DNA of 64,000 bases. Origin: Octopus bimaculoides (taxonomy: Eukaryota). Under the pieces are notes generated by a model. It had not been told where the DNA came from, made no database searches, and saw only the letters and a program-made list of their open reading frames with translations. Made by a program: the position numbers and the translations under genes. Below are positions 62,059-64,000 of the stretch, piece by piece (within the stretch, counting starts at the first letter, position 1; each line of letters opens with the position of its first letter). The DNA is taken from positions 97,101,250 through 97,165,249 of the forward strand of contig NC_068981.1 in the NCBI RefSeq assembly GCF_001194135.2. Direction: 5' to 3'.

Positions 62059-63634
62059 GAGGATGTCTAGTTGTTAACTACAGTGTCTTTGTGTATATAA
62101 AGCCATTGACTGCAACTGTATGATATCCAGTCATATCACACATATTACTTTAGTAAATGTATTCTTCTTCAGCCCACTAAACCCTCTTACTAAACCTATC
62201 TTGCCTGCCATTATAGAACATGTCATTACATATTGAGGTCTAGTGAACCTCATTCTTCTGCATAGGAACCAAAGTTATCTCTGCTTCCAGCTGATCCTTT
62301 CATGTCTACCTATGAACCAATCAGCCCTTCAGTAGTTGCTGTGTCACCAGCTGTGGCCTTTCTTTCTGTCTTTCAGCTCTCTTCTCCATGCTCATTCCAC
62401 AATTGTATACACAGTCTGTCTTATTACCCACTACTACCTCTGCATGTGCATGTGTGTTGATGCATCTTTGTCATAAAGCTACATTCTGTGTGTGTGTGTG
62501 TGTGTGTTTGTAAGAAAGTGAGTTTCATATATATATATATATATATATATACATACACATCCATCCATCCATCCATCCATCAACACTTTTGTGTGTGTGT
62601 ATGAGAAAAAGAAAAATGTACGAATGTATCATTTTTATGGAATGTGTGTATGTGTATATATCTATCCATAGCTGGCATGTGTAACTACGTATAGATACAC
62701 AGGCATGCATGCGTGCACACACGTGTGTGTGTGCATGCACATTTGAAACGTTTCCATGGAATATGGAACCTAACTGCACCTAACTGAAGATGCAGCACCT
62801 GTTCATCCAGAAATACACAATATTCCAATACATGACAAAGAGATGGGTTGCTGTGGAACAAATGCATTTTGAGTGAGGTGGGGGGGTGGGTGGTGGTAAT
62901 GATAATCGAATGGGGATGTTGGAAGAAGAAGGAGGAGACAAAAGGTAATCGACAACAATAACAAAAGCATGAAAAATAGGTAAATAAAATCAACAACCAG
63001 CATCACCACTGTTGATGACATTGTTTTGTGACTCTTTTAGAAAAGGACAACATCAGTCTCTTGGGGCAGGGAGATTAGATTTCACCTGCCTCTTTCAGCC
63101 ATTCTTTTACTACTGTTGGAGCTTCTCCACAACCAACTCTCCTGTCCACCCCACCATTGTTCCTGTACAGTTATCCATGTTTGGTTGTGCACCTCGCAAT
63201 CTAATAAGACTGTTGGCCTAGAAGTGGTTTGGGTGCACTGAAAAGCATCTGTGCACAAAAATGCAATGTATATAAAAGAAATAGGAAAAAAAAAATGTTG
63301 ATAAAACAATATAAAAAATAGCAAAAATAATAATAGCCTGAATAACAAGATTTCTTTATTGTTTATTATCCCTGTAAAACTTCTTTTATCCTTTGCTGTG
63401 ATGTTAGTTCATGTTTCATAGATGTTTAACTCAATGTCAGTAGAGACGGGGTTTTTACTTAGCTCATTGTTCTTCAACTGCCTTTCTTATTTTCCAACAA
63501 CCCAGTCCTGTCTTCCTAAAAGTATGCACTGCTTTACTCAACCTGTTTTTCTTATTCTGCGACTCCTCTTCTTTCTGACTCCTCTTAGACATTGAGTTGA
63601 ATGTCTCCGCAAAATACACATCTCTCTGTGCACG

Positions 63635-63757
<123 letters not shown>

Positions 63758-64000
63758 TGCCATCCTCCACTACTTTTTGCCTTATTACCTTCTTGAACCT
63801 TTCATCACTTTTGCAGTACTGTCTTCTTATGATTATCTTTTCTTGACTCTTTCTCTTTTGATACTTTGTCTTTCAATCTGATAGCTTGACCGCACATGTA
63901 CACACACACACACTAATTTATTTTAAACACACCTTGTTGTAAGTACTCTAAATGTTTTTGCATGATCATGAACACAGGTACTTGCTTTTGATTATCTATC

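Overview
Eukaryotic, AT-rich, microsatellite- and gap-laden genomic DNA, very probably from an octopus (inferred from the tRNA-derived CORE-type SINE families and RTE tails). One host gene is supported: a + strand MORC2-like chromatin ATPase. I traced 16 phase-consistent GT-AG exons by hand from 547 to 50679, covering the end of coiled-coil 1, the S5/transducer part of the GHKL module, the CW zinc finger, a coiled coil, a long charged disordered region and a Tudor-knot/chromo-like domain. The gene begins before the window and its next exon was not found, so it probably continues past 64000. The introns hold many mobile elements: a Neptune-like Penelope element (RT + GIY-YIG), RTE and CR1 LINE relics, two mariner copies, a DD37D maT-type transposon, a tandemly reiterated Helitron helicase end, piggyBac-, hAT- and Tigger-like MITEs, and several SINE families. 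The least expected signals are RNA-structural. There are two type I hammerhead ribozyme motifs: one with an intact core, antisense at 6167-6266, and one with a core mutation, sense at 19409-19456. There is also a ~1.4 kb intronic palindrome whose inner 102 bp are fully paired on the sense strand (34940-36360), and a nested fold-back at 51642-53012. No CRISPR, rRNA or true tRNA genes were seen. All alignments were done by eye; no database searches were run, and repeat boundaries are approximate unless a TSD or TIR is quoted.
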